Assembly (NCBI RefSeq): GCF_000372725.1
Contig: NW_005201269.1
Location: 1-64,000, forward strand
Reading direction: 5' to 3'
DNA length: 64,000 nt
Source: Emiliania huxleyi CCMP1516
Taxonomy: Eukaryota
Under the pieces are notes generated by a model that saw nothing but the letters and a program-made list of their open reading frames with translations, did no database searches and was not told the DNA's origin. The first letter of the stretch is position 1; each line of letters opens with the position of its first letter. The position numbers were made by a program, and so were the translations under genes. This document shows positions 35,700-46,234 of this stretch, in pieces.

Positions 35700-37126
35700 C
35701 TAGGCGACGTCGGCGACGACGAGCACCCCCTCGCGGAGCACCCGCTCGGCCAGCGCCGAGTCGGTCGCGCACCGCTGAAGCACCTCAGCAGCCTTCTTGA
35801 TCCTGGTTTCGCACAGCCACTTGGAGATGGTCACGCCCATCTGTCCGGGGAGGAACCCGGGCAGCACCAGCGCAATAAACGCGGTGCGCATCAGCATACC
35901 GGCCTCCATGTCGATCACCACCTCGTCCACCGTGGTTCGGGTGCAGCCGGCGAGCACGTCGGCCGGGGTGTTCTCGATGTAAGCCGTGGCAGCGGCCCGT
36001 CGGATCTCGAGCATCGGCCACTTTTTCTTGTACCTGCCATCGCGGTTCCCCATGTACCCGCCGAGGTCGGCGGCAGCCTGCATCACGGCAACGCGGTCAA
36101 AGTCGCACACGACCAGATCAGTTTTACTGCCGCCGGCCTCGCGGCGCATCAGGTTGCCGTCGTGCAAGTCGCCGTGTCCGACGACGGAGCGGCCGAGCAG
36201 CGAGCCAGGCGGCAGCAGCGCCGCAATCGTGGCCAGCTGCTTTACGATCCACGGCCGGTTGAGCATCGTCGAGGCCCGGAACAGCGACACGAGGTCGTCC
36301 GATCGCGCCACGCGGAGCGCCATCACCAGTGCTCGCGGCATCTTGCCGGCCACTGTGTCGAGCGGGTTGACGCCACCGGTCAGCTTCGCGTGCCAGTCGC
36401 CGCGGCCGGCCGAGTGGAACTCAGCGATGGCCGCACCGAGCTCGGCAGCCGTCTCGGCGTGCTCAAAGGCCATGGTCCCGCCGACCCCGTCCCTGAGGTC
36501 GCCGCCCTTGAGGTACTCAAGCGCGGTGAACGACTCGAAGAGCGGATCGTGCCACATCTGAGGGAACCGGCTCGAGCCTTGCACCGCGTCCAGCGCGGCG
36601 CAGTCGACGCCACCGATCTTGCCGGGCGCCAGGCACTTGGCGATCTCGTCCTGAGCGCGCCGCCGGCCTTGGCCGCGGCGACGGCCCGCGATCGGCATGT
36701 TCAGCCGGAGGTCATCGTGTCCCCCACGCCGCTACCACCGCCGCCGCTGCCGCTGGCGTCGTTGTCGCCGGCAGCCCGCGACACCTTCCACAGCTTGGCT
36801 CCCGAGAAACCGCCGCCGACCGGCTCGCAGCTCAGCAGCGTGTCTGTGGCCACGCTCCAGCCGGGGACGAGCCGGCAGCATAGCGCGAAGATCGAAGGCG
36901 CGTGCGACGCTTCGCACTGCTCGGTGATCCGCGCCACCGCCACCGCCCGCGCCGCCTCGTTCTCGCTCTCGAGATCGGCCTCCACGAGTTCAACCTATTG
37001 CGAGCCTTGCGCTCTTTAACCTATTGCGAGCCCGGGCCATGACGCGTCACGCGCCTTCCGCTTGCTCCTCAGGCACATGTTGTACACGAAGGTGATAATT
37101 GATCCCGCACCACCGGGCCAGGCCAT
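35700..37126 (-). CDS. Choline/ethanolamine kinase or APH-like phosphotransferase (multi-exon)
   Basis: GGGFSG loop, Brenner motif HGDLHDGNL and VVCDFD. The first exon MAWPGG...SKRK is inferred through a GC-AG intron. Confidence 0.7.
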
Positions 37127-37860
37127 TCGCCCTGTCCTTGCACGCGGTTTCGCTGGCTCCGGCGTTATTGTTCTTCTCACCATCGGTGTCGCGATTTCAC
37201 TGGCCGGCGCCTACGAGAAGTCGTCGCAGATGATGTCAACGCCAATAACGACCATCAGCCCGGAACTGAAGGTGCTGGCGCGAAGGGCGATGAGAGTGGA
37301 GGCGACGGGGGTTATAGTTCCGGTGGTGGGAACATGGGCGGCAGCATGGCGTATCATGATTTTGACCTTGTCCTTTCGCGATTGCGTTTTGCGTGTCACT
37401 TGGTGTTTGGTTTTCTCTTTTCTTGGACCCCTAGTGACAGCGGAGTTTGAGGCTACGGAGTGCATGCGCCCGTGTTGGGGACATGAATGGGGCACGGGAA
37501 CTGCAGAAATAGCAAGACATTTTTTCTCGATTTTCGGACGACCACTCGCTGGCACACACTCTCTCTCGCACGTCCGATTTTGACTTCGCTCCGCTTGGCC
37601 AGGTTGGTGTACTCCGATCCGAAACTCTTCGCCGGCCCAATCAGCTCGACAGCTCGACCGCAAACCGGCTTGGTTTGGCCTGCGGCGCGGCGTCTGGTCT
37701 GTGCTGCGGCCATCTTGGACGTTCAAGCGGCGCCAGCCAGCGGCTCGGCCGCGCATCCTTCACACACGCCGCCATGGTCGGGATGAGAGGAAAAAAACAA
37801 ACAACGAACGTGACTCGCCAATCAAGGCGTGTTAGCGTCTCTGCGCAGTCCTTGTTTCCG

Positions 37861-39366
37861 ATGTCTTCCGACCAGCGTTGCGACGACGACGGCAGCGCCC
37901 ACGCGCGCACCTTCTTCATGCTGGACGCTGTTTTTGTGCGCCAGTTCCCCGGCAAGAGCCTGCCCTTCTTCCAGGAGATCCGAGACAAGTACACCACCGA
38001 AGGGCCGCTCGTCGAAGTGTCGCTCGACTACGCCGATGTGGTGAAGGGCACCCACATTGAGACGACGCTGGCGGTCTCGCACCGCTGGATGCAGCCGGAC
38101 GACCCGGACCCCGACGGCGAGCAGCTCAAGGCGCTCAAGGGCTTCCTCAACTCGCCCACCGGCAAGAAGATTGAGCGTGTTTGGATAGACTCGGCGTGCA
38201 TGCCGCAGGACCAGCCCAAGGGCTCGCGCTGCGCGGAGGACGCGGCCGCCTTCAAGAGGATGCTGAAGGAGGTGAACCGGCTTTTCCTCGGCACCACCGT
38301 CCTGATCCTCCTCGATATGTCGTACGTGTCGCGCTTCTGGACCCAGTTTGAGTCGTGGATGTCCATGCAGTACGCCACCCCCTCCGGCCTGAAGTCGGCG
38401 GTGGGCACCGAGAACGAACGGCACCACATTGTTTGCATCCAGAACGCCGCTGCGCAGGCCGAGTCATTTACGAAGCTGCTCGTCCACCAGTGGGCGAAAA
38501 AGACGCCGGAGCAGGCGCACGCCTTCCTCTCCAAGCCCGACGTCACTGTCACCAACCAGAAGGACAAGGAGGGGCAGCTGCCGAAAATCAAGGCGCTCGA
38601 CGCGTCGGTGCAGGGCGCGCTTAGCGAGGTCGCTCGGCAGATAGAGGACGAGCTGACGGCGAGCAAGGCGGCGGCTGCGCGCGCCGAGGCCGAGCTGGCC
38701 GCGTGGGAGACGGAGAATGACGCCAAGGCCGGTGAGAAGAACCGGTGGAAGGTGGCGGCGCGGCAGGCGGCGAGCGCGGTGGCGGCGGCGCGCGTGGCGA
38801 AGGAGGAGCACGCGCGGGCGATCTCGAGTAGTATTGTCCCGGCATTGATGAAGCGGGCAGCAAACAGACGGCAGAGGACCTGCCACAGTATGTCCGACGT
38901 GCCGGAGTTGGTGCTGCAGCTGAGCAGCGGAGGGGACAAGCTGAAGGAGCGGGCCGCGGCGGCGCTGGCGAACCTCGCGGGAGCCAACGATGACAACGTT
39001 GTGGACCTGCGCAAGCACAAGGCTGACGTCCAAGCGGCGATTGCGGCCGCAGGCGGGATCGCGCCTCTCGTGGCGCTGGTGCGCAGCGGCACGGACGGGC
39101 AGAAAGTGGAGGCCGCGGCGGCGCTGCGGAACCTCGCTGTGCCCAGTGTTGTGCGAGGGAGTTTTGTTGTAAGATTCTTTATTCCGTGGGCTGTAACGTT
39201 AAAACCCGCTGGGACCCGGACGCCAGCACACACGGCTATATTTAGTGCCAGTGTGCTGTGTGAGAGGCCTGCATTTTCGTACCCGGGTATATGGCTTATA
39301 CGAACGACGGTTTGCTGGAGTCATGGTGCGAGCTGCATGTGCGGGGCGGCGGCTGTGGCCATATAG
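37861..39366 (+). CDS. HET/TIR-like domain + coiled coil + armadillo repeats; 3' end uncertain after ~39140
   Basis: LAVSHRW, PDPDGEQL, VWIDSACMPQ and YVSRFWTQFE; ARM repeats AAAALANLA and GGIAPLVALVRSG...AAAALRNLA. Confidence 0.7.
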   Translation: MSSDQRCDDDGSAHARTFFMLDAVFVRQFPGKSLPFFQEIRDKYTTEGPLVEVSLDYADVVKGTHIETTLAVSHRWMQPDDPDPDGEQLKALKGFLNSPTGKKIERVWIDSACMPQDQPKGSRCAEDAAAFKRMLKEVNRLFLGTTVLILLDMSYVSRFWTQFESWMSMQYATPSGLKSAVGTENERHHIVCIQNAAAQAESFTKLLVHQWAKKTPEQAHAFLSKPDVTVTNQKDKEGQLPKIKALDASVQGALSEVARQIEDELTASKAAAARAEAELAAWETENDAKAGEKNRWKVAARQAASAVAAARVAKEEHARAISSSIVPALMKRAANRRQRTCHSMSDVPELVLQLSSGGDKLKERAAAALANLAGANDDNVVDLRKHKADVQAAIAAAGGIAPLVALVRSGTDGQKVEAAAALRNLAVPSVVRGSFVVRFFIPWAVTLKPAGTRTPAHTAIFSASVLCERPAFSYPGIWLIRTTVCWSHGASCMCGAAAVAI

Positions 39367-39706
39367 CAGGCCCACCAGACGGACCTCAGAGCTTGCCGTC
39401 GGCGTGCTGTCGTGGCGAAGCTCCAGAGAGCTGGGGTGGAGCCGAATGCAAAGGCGAGCCAGAGGCTACCGTGAGTGAGTGTGTGTATACTCACACTCAC
39501 ACAGAGGCTACCTGGGTCACCAAGTGGTGGTGAGCAGGGCTGTGCTTTGGAGAGATGCTGAGATCTTTCATATTTCTTCACCACCAGCAGTCCTTTGTGT
39601 GAGTGACACACACACACACACACACACACCCCGCAGTCCTTTTTATCCCACCACCTGTACCTGTTGACGTGGCAGCAATACCCTGCGCGCCTTCCGTCTG
39701 CCGCCC

Positions 39707-40469
39707 ATGGCGCTGCTGTGGCTCTGCGTGCTGCTGCTGCTCGCCCCCTCGACGGCGCGCACGCAGGCCGAGAAGGAGGAGGAGCAGAAGGCCATCAAGA
39801 TGAAGACGACTCGACGTGCGTGCTTCCAGCGCTCCTCTCGCAGCGCTGCGAGTGTCCTACTCGCAGCGTGAGAGCACAAACACCCACCCACTCCTCCGTC
39901 GCCGCCGCCGCAGAGCTCAAGGAGATCTTCGACGAAGTTGGCGTTAGCTACAAGGGCCTGTCAAAGGACGCGCTCAAGGCCAAGGCGTACAAGGAGGGCG
40001 TGATGCGCAAGTAGCCGCTGCCACCGCACGCTGCGGTCCGCGCGGCGCGCCCGCGAGGTTGCGTGACGCCATTAGGTACTGGGAAAAGTACCCGGATAAG
40101 AAGTACAAGAAGCCGAAGGGCTCTGGCATGCCTGGCTTGGAGGGCCTCGGCGGCGACTTCGGTCCCGGCGGCAAGTACGAGGACATGATGCGGCAGATGC
40201 GCGGCGACTTTAGCGCGGAGAAGGACCCCGAGAGGCGAAGGATCCTCGAGAAGCTCGCGGCCAAGGGGATGAGCTTCGCCGGCGGAGCGAGCCAGTCGAC
40301 AGAGGAGCTCAAGAAGATGGAGAAGATGCTCGACGGCATCAACCTCGGCGGCTTCGGGAAGGGCGACGGCGGCGCGGGCGCGGCGCCGGCGGCGGAGGAC
40401 CGCGGGGAGGAGCCACGCGAGACGAGTGAGATGGAGGAGGTGGAGGATGAGGACAAGGTGGAGCTTTAG
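39707..40469 (+). CDS. Secreted/ER-luminal protein with SAP-like motif and KDEL-like end (3 exons)
   Basis: Signal peptide MALLWLCVLLLLAPSTA; KMKTT..ELKEIFDEVGVSYKGLSKDAL; C-terminus EDKVEL*. Confidence 0.65.
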
Positions 40470-40698
40470 AAGAACACACGAGTGCGGTTGCCTGTCCAAA
40501 GAAGAAAAGAAAGTGCGCTCACACAGCAGTTCCAGTACAGGCCAAAGGGGTGGCAGGGCCCGGCTGAAGGTTTTTGCAGAATTTCAGCATGAGTGGCCGG
40601 GAAAAACAGGTAATAAAAAAAGAAATAAGTCCAAGACGCCGTGTAATCATCATTCTCACGCTTCCACCTTGGCAGCGGCGCAGCGGGCGCGCTGGGCA

Positions 40699-43095
40699 AT
40701 GTCAGCCTTCTCGCTCGTGGCAGCGCTGGCCGGCACAGCGCAGGCCAGCACGGAGCCTCCTCACTCGAGCAACTCCTCCTACTTCATCACTGTCACAGCT
40801 CAGTCGCACGCCGGCTGCGCCGCAGAGTGCGTGGCTGCCGGTGGCGCCCTTGCGTGCATAGACAGCGACAGCGACACCGCCGCCGCCGCCAGCCTCTTGC
40901 TTGAGACAGAGACCTACGTTGCCTGGTTCGGGCTGCACCAGTACCCGACCGACCAGGGCGCCGAGGCTGGGTGGAAGCCGTCTGCGCTGCGCTGCGACCC
41001 AGGCTACCGCAATTGGGCCTTCGGGCAGCCAAACAACAGGCGAGTGGACGAGGACTGCGCCACCGTGCAAGGACCGTCGGGTAAGCAGCGAGATCAGCCG
41101 TGCGAGTGGCGCTTCCACTGCCTCTGCGAGCGCTCTGCCGAGATGTCGCCCGACTACGCTTCTGACTACGCGCTTGCCGACGAGGCAGCCCGACGTCGGG
41201 CGACGCCACTGTTCGTCGCGTACCTGGCTGGCTGCGGCGGCTTCTCGTTGACGCTCCTCGTCCTCGTCCTCGTCCGCCGCTGCCACCGGCGCGTCGCGGA
41301 GGAGACGGCCACCTTTGACGACGCTCAGAGCCAGCGCGCCTCGCTGCGAGCGCCAGCAACCGGGCGGGCGGCGGCCTACAGCAAGCTGCGCCGGAGCGAG
41401 GCGGTGCGGAAGCGGCTGCGGGGTGCGACGAGGCAGAACCGGAGGCTCGCTGCCGATGCCAAGGAGGCGGTCCTCGCCCTGGCAGCGACGTGCATCGTCT
41501 GGGGCGTCACTCCGTGGCTGATGTACTCGGCGGACGGCGGCTACTGGCCCACTCGTCTCGCGCACGTAAACCCCATCTCCCTAGTTTGCATCGCGATCCC
41601 GGCGATCCCGCTCTTCTTCCTCTCGCTTCGCCCAACGGACGTGCAGGAGATTCGCGTTGGCTGCGCGCTCTTCCTGATCGGCTGCCTCGGCCTGGCGCTC
41701 TACGGCCCGTGGGTCGCCCGCTCGTTTTCGACGGTCGCGCTTTCAGACCCCGCTGGCCTGTGCTGGTACTACGCCGCGCAGTCCGTCATCGGCCTCTCCG
41801 GAGCGGCGCTCACCGCGTACGCGCTCACCGCTCGCACGCTGCCACCCCGACAGCAGCTCGCCGTTCTGCTCGCGAGCGCGCGGCTGGTGCTCGGCATCCT
41901 CGGCCTGCTCGTGCTGGGCTACTTTGGCCTGCGGGCGGCGCGGCTTGAGAAGCCGTACCGGCACCATCCATCCTTCCTGCCCATCATGGCGGCCGGCGCC
42001 TCCCTCGTCGGCTCCTCTCTCTTCTTGCTCAGCCCTTGGCTTCGCGGCCATGCGCTCGCGGCGCTCGGGCGGCTCGGGTCAACCAAGGAGGAGCGGGAGG
42101 CGGCGCTGCTCGCGTCGCTCTGCTCGTTTCGCCGCCGCATGACGCAGAAGGAGCTCCTCCATGTGGCGGAGGCCGAGTTCCGCTGCATCCGATTCGACCG
42201 CCTCTGCTTTGAGGATCTGGCGGAGTGCTCGCGCGGCGGCGCAAACTCCGCGCCGTCCAGCCGGCGCGAGGGCTCCGCAACATGCCCGTCACCGGTCGGG
42301 CCAAAGGCGGGCGCCGCGGACTTTGCCGAGCGCACGGAGCGGTGCGGGCTAGGCGAGGTGGACTGCTTCATCAGCCACAGCTGGCACGACCCGCCTGCCG
42401 CAAAGTGGGAGGCGTTGAAGGCGTGGGCCAGCACCTTCGAGGACCGGCACGGCCGGACGCCGAGGCTCTGGTTCGACAAGGCCTGCTTGGACCAGGACGA
42501 CATCACTCGCGCCCTCCCCTGCCTTCCCATCTTTATTGCTGGCTGCAGATCACTCCTCATTCTCGCTGGGCCGACGTATGCCTCGCGCCTGTGGTGCGTC
42601 ATGGAGCTATTTGCCTACCTCAAGATGGGAGGCAGGCGCGAGGCCATCACAGTGGTGCCCATCGCCGCCTGCGCCACCGAGGAGGGGCTGCAGACCGTCT
42701 CGGAGTCCCTCGCCGCCTTTGACGCGCAGCAGGCGCGCTGCGTGCTCCCGGCCGACCGCCACCACTTTCTCGCCGTCATCGAGTCGAGCTACGGCTCGCT
42801 GTCGCAATTCAACTTGTGGGCGAGGACCGTCCTGGAGGAGCGCTCGACGCGCCGCTCGCCCGCCCTCCAGCGCAGCGCCGCGCGGTCGTGCGGGACGGAG
42901 GCGTCCAGTGGTGGCACGCCGCGGCGATCAGTGGTCTCCACTGCCGCCACTGTCGTCAGCGTTGCAGAGCCCGCAGTGGCGACCGACGTGGGGGGCGAGG
43001 ACGCGGACGCCGCCAGGGGCAGCTGCGGCAGGGGCAGCTGCGGCAGGGGCAGCTGCGGCAGGGTCTCGTCGGTTCGCTTCTGCGACCATGTTTAA
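40699..43095 (+). CDS. Signal peptide - C-type lectin - ~7 TM - TIR-like domain receptor
   Basis: CTL: WFGL, NWAFGQPNN, EDCA, DQPC..RFHCLCE. Seven hydrophobic segments. TIR-like: DCFISHSW, LWFDKACLDQ, LLILAGPTYASRLWCVMELF. Intronless. Confidence 0.8.
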   Translation: MSAFSLVAALAGTAQASTEPPHSSNSSYFITVTAQSHAGCAAECVAAGGALACIDSDSDTAAAASLLLETETYVAWFGLHQYPTDQGAEAGWKPSALRCDPGYRNWAFGQPNNRRVDEDCATVQGPSGKQRDQPCEWRFHCLCERSAEMSPDYASDYALADEAARRRATPLFVAYLAGCGGFSLTLLVLVLVRRCHRRVAEETATFDDAQSQRASLRAPATGRAAAYSKLRRSEAVRKRLRGATRQNRRLAADAKEAVLALAATCIVWGVTPWLMYSADGGYWPTRLAHVNPISLVCIAIPAIPLFFLSLRPTDVQEIRVGCALFLIGCLGLALYGPWVARSFSTVALSDPAGLCWYYAAQSVIGLSGAALTAYALTARTLPPRQQLAVLLASARLVLGILGLLVLGYFGLRAARLEKPYRHHPSFLPIMAAGASLVGSSLFLLSPWLRGHALAALGRLGSTKEEREAALLASLCSFRRRMTQKELLHVAEAEFRCIRFDRLCFEDLAECSRGGANSAPSSRREGSATCPSPVGPKAGAADFAERTERCGLGEVDCFISHSWHDPPAAKWEALKAWASTFEDRHGRTPRLWFDKACLDQDDITRALPCLPIFIAGCRSLLILAGPTYASRLWCVMELFAYLKMGGRREAITVVPIAACATEEGLQTVSESLAAFDAQQARCVLPADRHHFLAVIESSYGSLSQFNLWARTVLEERSTRRSPALQRSAARSCGTEASSGGTPRRSVVSTAATVVSVAEPAVATDVGGEDADAARGSCGRGSCGRGSCGRVSSVRFCDHV

Positions 43096-43504
43096 CGTTA
43101 TTATTCAGCCTTGACGCCTGCTTCACAGTGAGTCGTGTGCTTTAAACATCAATTTGCCGCCATGCATTCGAGGTCTCACCTGTGTCGCGTGCCTGTCGGG
43201 TCGGCGAGATTTGAGCACCTTCGCTGTTAATTAATAATACAAACGGATGGTAGTCTCTTCACTCTTTGACTTTGTGACGCAGTCTCACACCCCCCACTTT
43301 TTTTTCAGAGCCCACTACCTCTCTCTCTCTTCCACCTGGCGGTGCGATGGGCTCCCGCCCGCGGGGAGAAGTCAGCGTCGGCCGCCCTCTTTTGCAAAAA
43401 AGAAATTTTGTTGGCCCCGGGCGGGCAGGCTTCACCGCCCGCGAAAAGCTCGGCCGGCCGCTACCGGGTAGGAATCCTATCTCTCTCGCCACCAATTCGA
43501 GGAT

Positions 43505-44383
43505 ATGGCGCCGTCGTCCAGCCATCAGAGCGCGCGGAACGAGCTTACGGCTGGCGCCTGTGCAGGCGCGGCCAGCACGTTCCTGACGCACCCGCTCGAT
43601 ACGCTGCGCGTGCGGATGCAGGTCGGCTCGTTCCCAGGCGCGGTAGCCGCCTTTCGCAGCATCCTCGCGGCTGAGGGACTGTCGGCATTCTGGCGAGGGC
43701 TGAGCGTGCCGCTCGCAGCCTCCACGGTCCGCTCGGCGCTGAGCTTTGGCTGTCTGAGCGCTGTCTTGCGGGCACTGTGCGACGAGCCAGCAACGCCGAC
43801 GCTGGGAGAGTGTGCCGTCGCCGGCTCAGTCACGTGTGCGCTCGGCGCAGTTTATCTGCACCCCTGCGATCGCATCAAGATTCTGCTGCAGGTGCGGCAT
43901 GAGGGCCGCGCCTTTTCGGGCCCGCTAGAGGTTGTGCAAACTGTCGTCTGCCGTTCCGGCTTTCGCGGCCTATACCGCGGCATCGGCGTGTGCGTGGTGA
44001 TGGACCTGGTCTCGGGCGCAATCTACTTTGGCGGGAACCGCTGGCTCACCGTCAACTTTGCCGAGGGCGGCGGCGGCGACGGCGGCGACAGCGGCGACGG
44101 CGCGACACAGGCGCTCAAGCTTGTGGGAGCCGGGTCTCTCTCGGGTGTCTCCTCGTGGGCTGCCATCTACCCGCTCGATGTGGTGCGCACGCGCATGGCG
44201 GCGCAGCCCTTCGGCTGGGAAGGCGCCGCGGACATTGCGCGCCAACTCTTTCGAACGGGTGGGGAGCGCGCCTTTTTCCGCGGCCTTGTGCCCTGCCTGG
44301 CGAGAAGCTGCTTCTCGGACGGCATCTTCTTCCCCGTGTACTGGTCAGTGAGCTGGCAGCTGGGCACGCGCGGCCAGGATTGA
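43505..44383 (+). CDS. Mitochondrial carrier (SLC25; carnitine/basic amino acid carrier-like)
   Basis: Three Px(D/E)xx(K/R) motifs: HPLDTLRVR, HPCDRIKIL and YPLDVVRTR; also GLYRG and AFFRGL. Confidence 0.92.
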   Translation: MAPSSSHQSARNELTAGACAGAASTFLTHPLDTLRVRMQVGSFPGAVAAFRSILAAEGLSAFWRGLSVPLAASTVRSALSFGCLSAVLRALCDEPATPTLGECAVAGSVTCALGAVYLHPCDRIKILLQVRHEGRAFSGPLEVVQTVVCRSGFRGLYRGIGVCVVMDLVSGAIYFGGNRWLTVNFAEGGGGDGGDSGDGATQALKLVGAGSLSGVSSWAAIYPLDVVRTRMAAQPFGWEGAADIARQLFRTGGERAFFRGLVPCLARSCFSDGIFFPVYWSVSWQLGTRGQD

Positions 44384-44894
44384 GAATAGTAAGGGTGGAT
44401 CCGGGGGCGGGAGCGCTCATAAGCTTGGCACTGCCTGCGCGAGGCCCGTGGATCAATGAAGACCACATATGCACAGCGGAAGGCGTGAGGATCGGGCTAT
44501 AGTCTATAGAAGTCGTCTCGGTACACATCATACATGCGCGTGCTGGCCGCGCGGTGCCACGCTGCCAGATAAGAGATACCTCTCTCCGTCGCTCTCTCGA
44601 CTCTCGCTCGCTCTTTTGTCTGTCTCCCGTATTGTGAAAAGCGGAAGGTGCGCCAGTGCTGGGAGAGGCGGTGGCGGAGGCTCTGAGAGGTTGCGTTGTC
44701 GAGGGCCTCGACCTCGCTGTCCGACGGGAGGCTGCGCGGGATGCTCATGAGGAGGCACGGCGTAGCCGCGGAATCCCAATCGAGTAACAAAGAAATCGTT
44801 TCCTAAGGTTGCACGCTCATTGAGTACGCACAGGCTCGCGCCGAACTAATCCCGCACACCTTGCGAGCGAATCCTCCCGCTACTCGTCCCGACG

Positions 44895-45884
44895 ATGGCC
44901 TCCCACCGCATCGGCGCGCGCGTCGCGGGCCTGTCGCCAGCGCAGCTGTGCGCCATCATCGAGGCGCAGGCGGGCGCGAGCGACGCCGCGCTGCGCGTGG
45001 CAGAGGAGCACGCCGCGCGGCTCGTGGAGCAGCCCGAGTGGGTGCTCTCCGAGGTCCTCCTCTCGCCGGACCTCGCCCCGCACATCCTCGCCCAGCTGCC
45101 GACCAAGGAGCACGCCGCCAAGGGGACGTGCCGCGCGTGGCGCCGCGGCTGGAAGGAGACGCTGAAGAAGCGCGAGAGGCCGCGCCTGGTCGTGACCGCT
45201 GGACGCCTCATCAGCTCGAAGGAGCGGTACGACGCGTCAACGAATGAGTGGGAGGAGGAGGCTGTGGCGCCGATGCCAACGGCACGAAGGTATGCAGGCA
45301 TGGCGGGGCTCGATGGCAAGCTCTACGTGGCGGGCGGCGTGAGTGAGGCTGACGGCGCAACGGCCAACCTGGTGGAGCGGTACGACCTGACTACGAAGTC
45401 GTGGGAGGCGGTGGCGCCGATGGCAACGGCGCGATATGCTCACGCCGTCGCGGTGCTCGACGGCACGCTGTACGCTGTGGGAGGCTTCATCGACCCTGAT
45501 TTCACCCTCAGCTCGGTCGAGCGGTACGATCCCGCGACGAACGCGTGGGAGGAGGTGGCGCCTGTGGAGGCGGTGAGTCATAATCCCGGCGTGGCGGTGC
45601 TCGACGGCAAGCTGTACGCTGTTGGCGGGGAGAACGGCGACGGCTACCTCAGCTCGGTGGAGCGGTACGATCCGGCGCTGGATGCGTGGGAGGCGGTGGC
45701 GCCGATGGCAGAGGCGCGGAATAAGCTCGGCGTGGCGGTGCTCGACGGCAAGTTGTATGCTGTGGGCGGCGAATCCGATGACGGCCTCCTCAGCTCAGTC
45801 GAGCGGTACGATCCGGCGCAGAATGCGTGGGAGACGGTGGCGACAATGGGGACGGCACGGATAGGCAGCATTGCCCTGGTGTAA
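44895..45884 (+). CDS. F-box-like/kelch-repeat protein
   Basis: LLSPDLAPHILAQL...GTCRAWR followed by kelch repeats; N-terminus nearly identical to 60219-61400. Confidence 0.88.
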   Translation: MASHRIGARVAGLSPAQLCAIIEAQAGASDAALRVAEEHAARLVEQPEWVLSEVLLSPDLAPHILAQLPTKEHAAKGTCRAWRRGWKETLKKRERPRLVVTAGRLISSKERYDASTNEWEEEAVAPMPTARRYAGMAGLDGKLYVAGGVSEADGATANLVERYDLTTKSWEAVAPMATARYAHAVAVLDGTLYAVGGFIDPDFTLSSVERYDPATNAWEEVAPVEAVSHNPGVAVLDGKLYAVGGENGDGYLSSVERYDPALDAWEAVAPMAEARNKLGVAVLDGKLYAVGGESDDGLLSSVERYDPAQNAWETVATMGTARIGSIALV

Positions 45885-46234
45885 GTCGGTTCAGCACATA
45901 GGCGCGCGGGCGGGGGGATAGGCGCGCCGGCGGGGGGGCGCTGAGTGTAGGGCTGGGGCGTGGGGGTCGGGGGTGCGAGTGACTGCGAGGCGCAGCAAGC
46001 TTTCGCTGCGCTGCTGGAGGCATACGGTACTCTGTCAAGGGCTGAGGGCGGGCGCGGCGGATGCGCGCGCGTTGATGCGCGTTGGTGCCTGTTCTTCCTT
46101 TTTGGAAAATTGACTGGCCTTTTACGTACATGCCTGGAGCGCACAGCTCGACCGCGACACTGGACGGGTCGCCGCGAGGCGAGCGGCGCCGGACTTAAGG
46201 GAGGCCGTACTGTCTGAGGTATTCTGCGAGCGAA

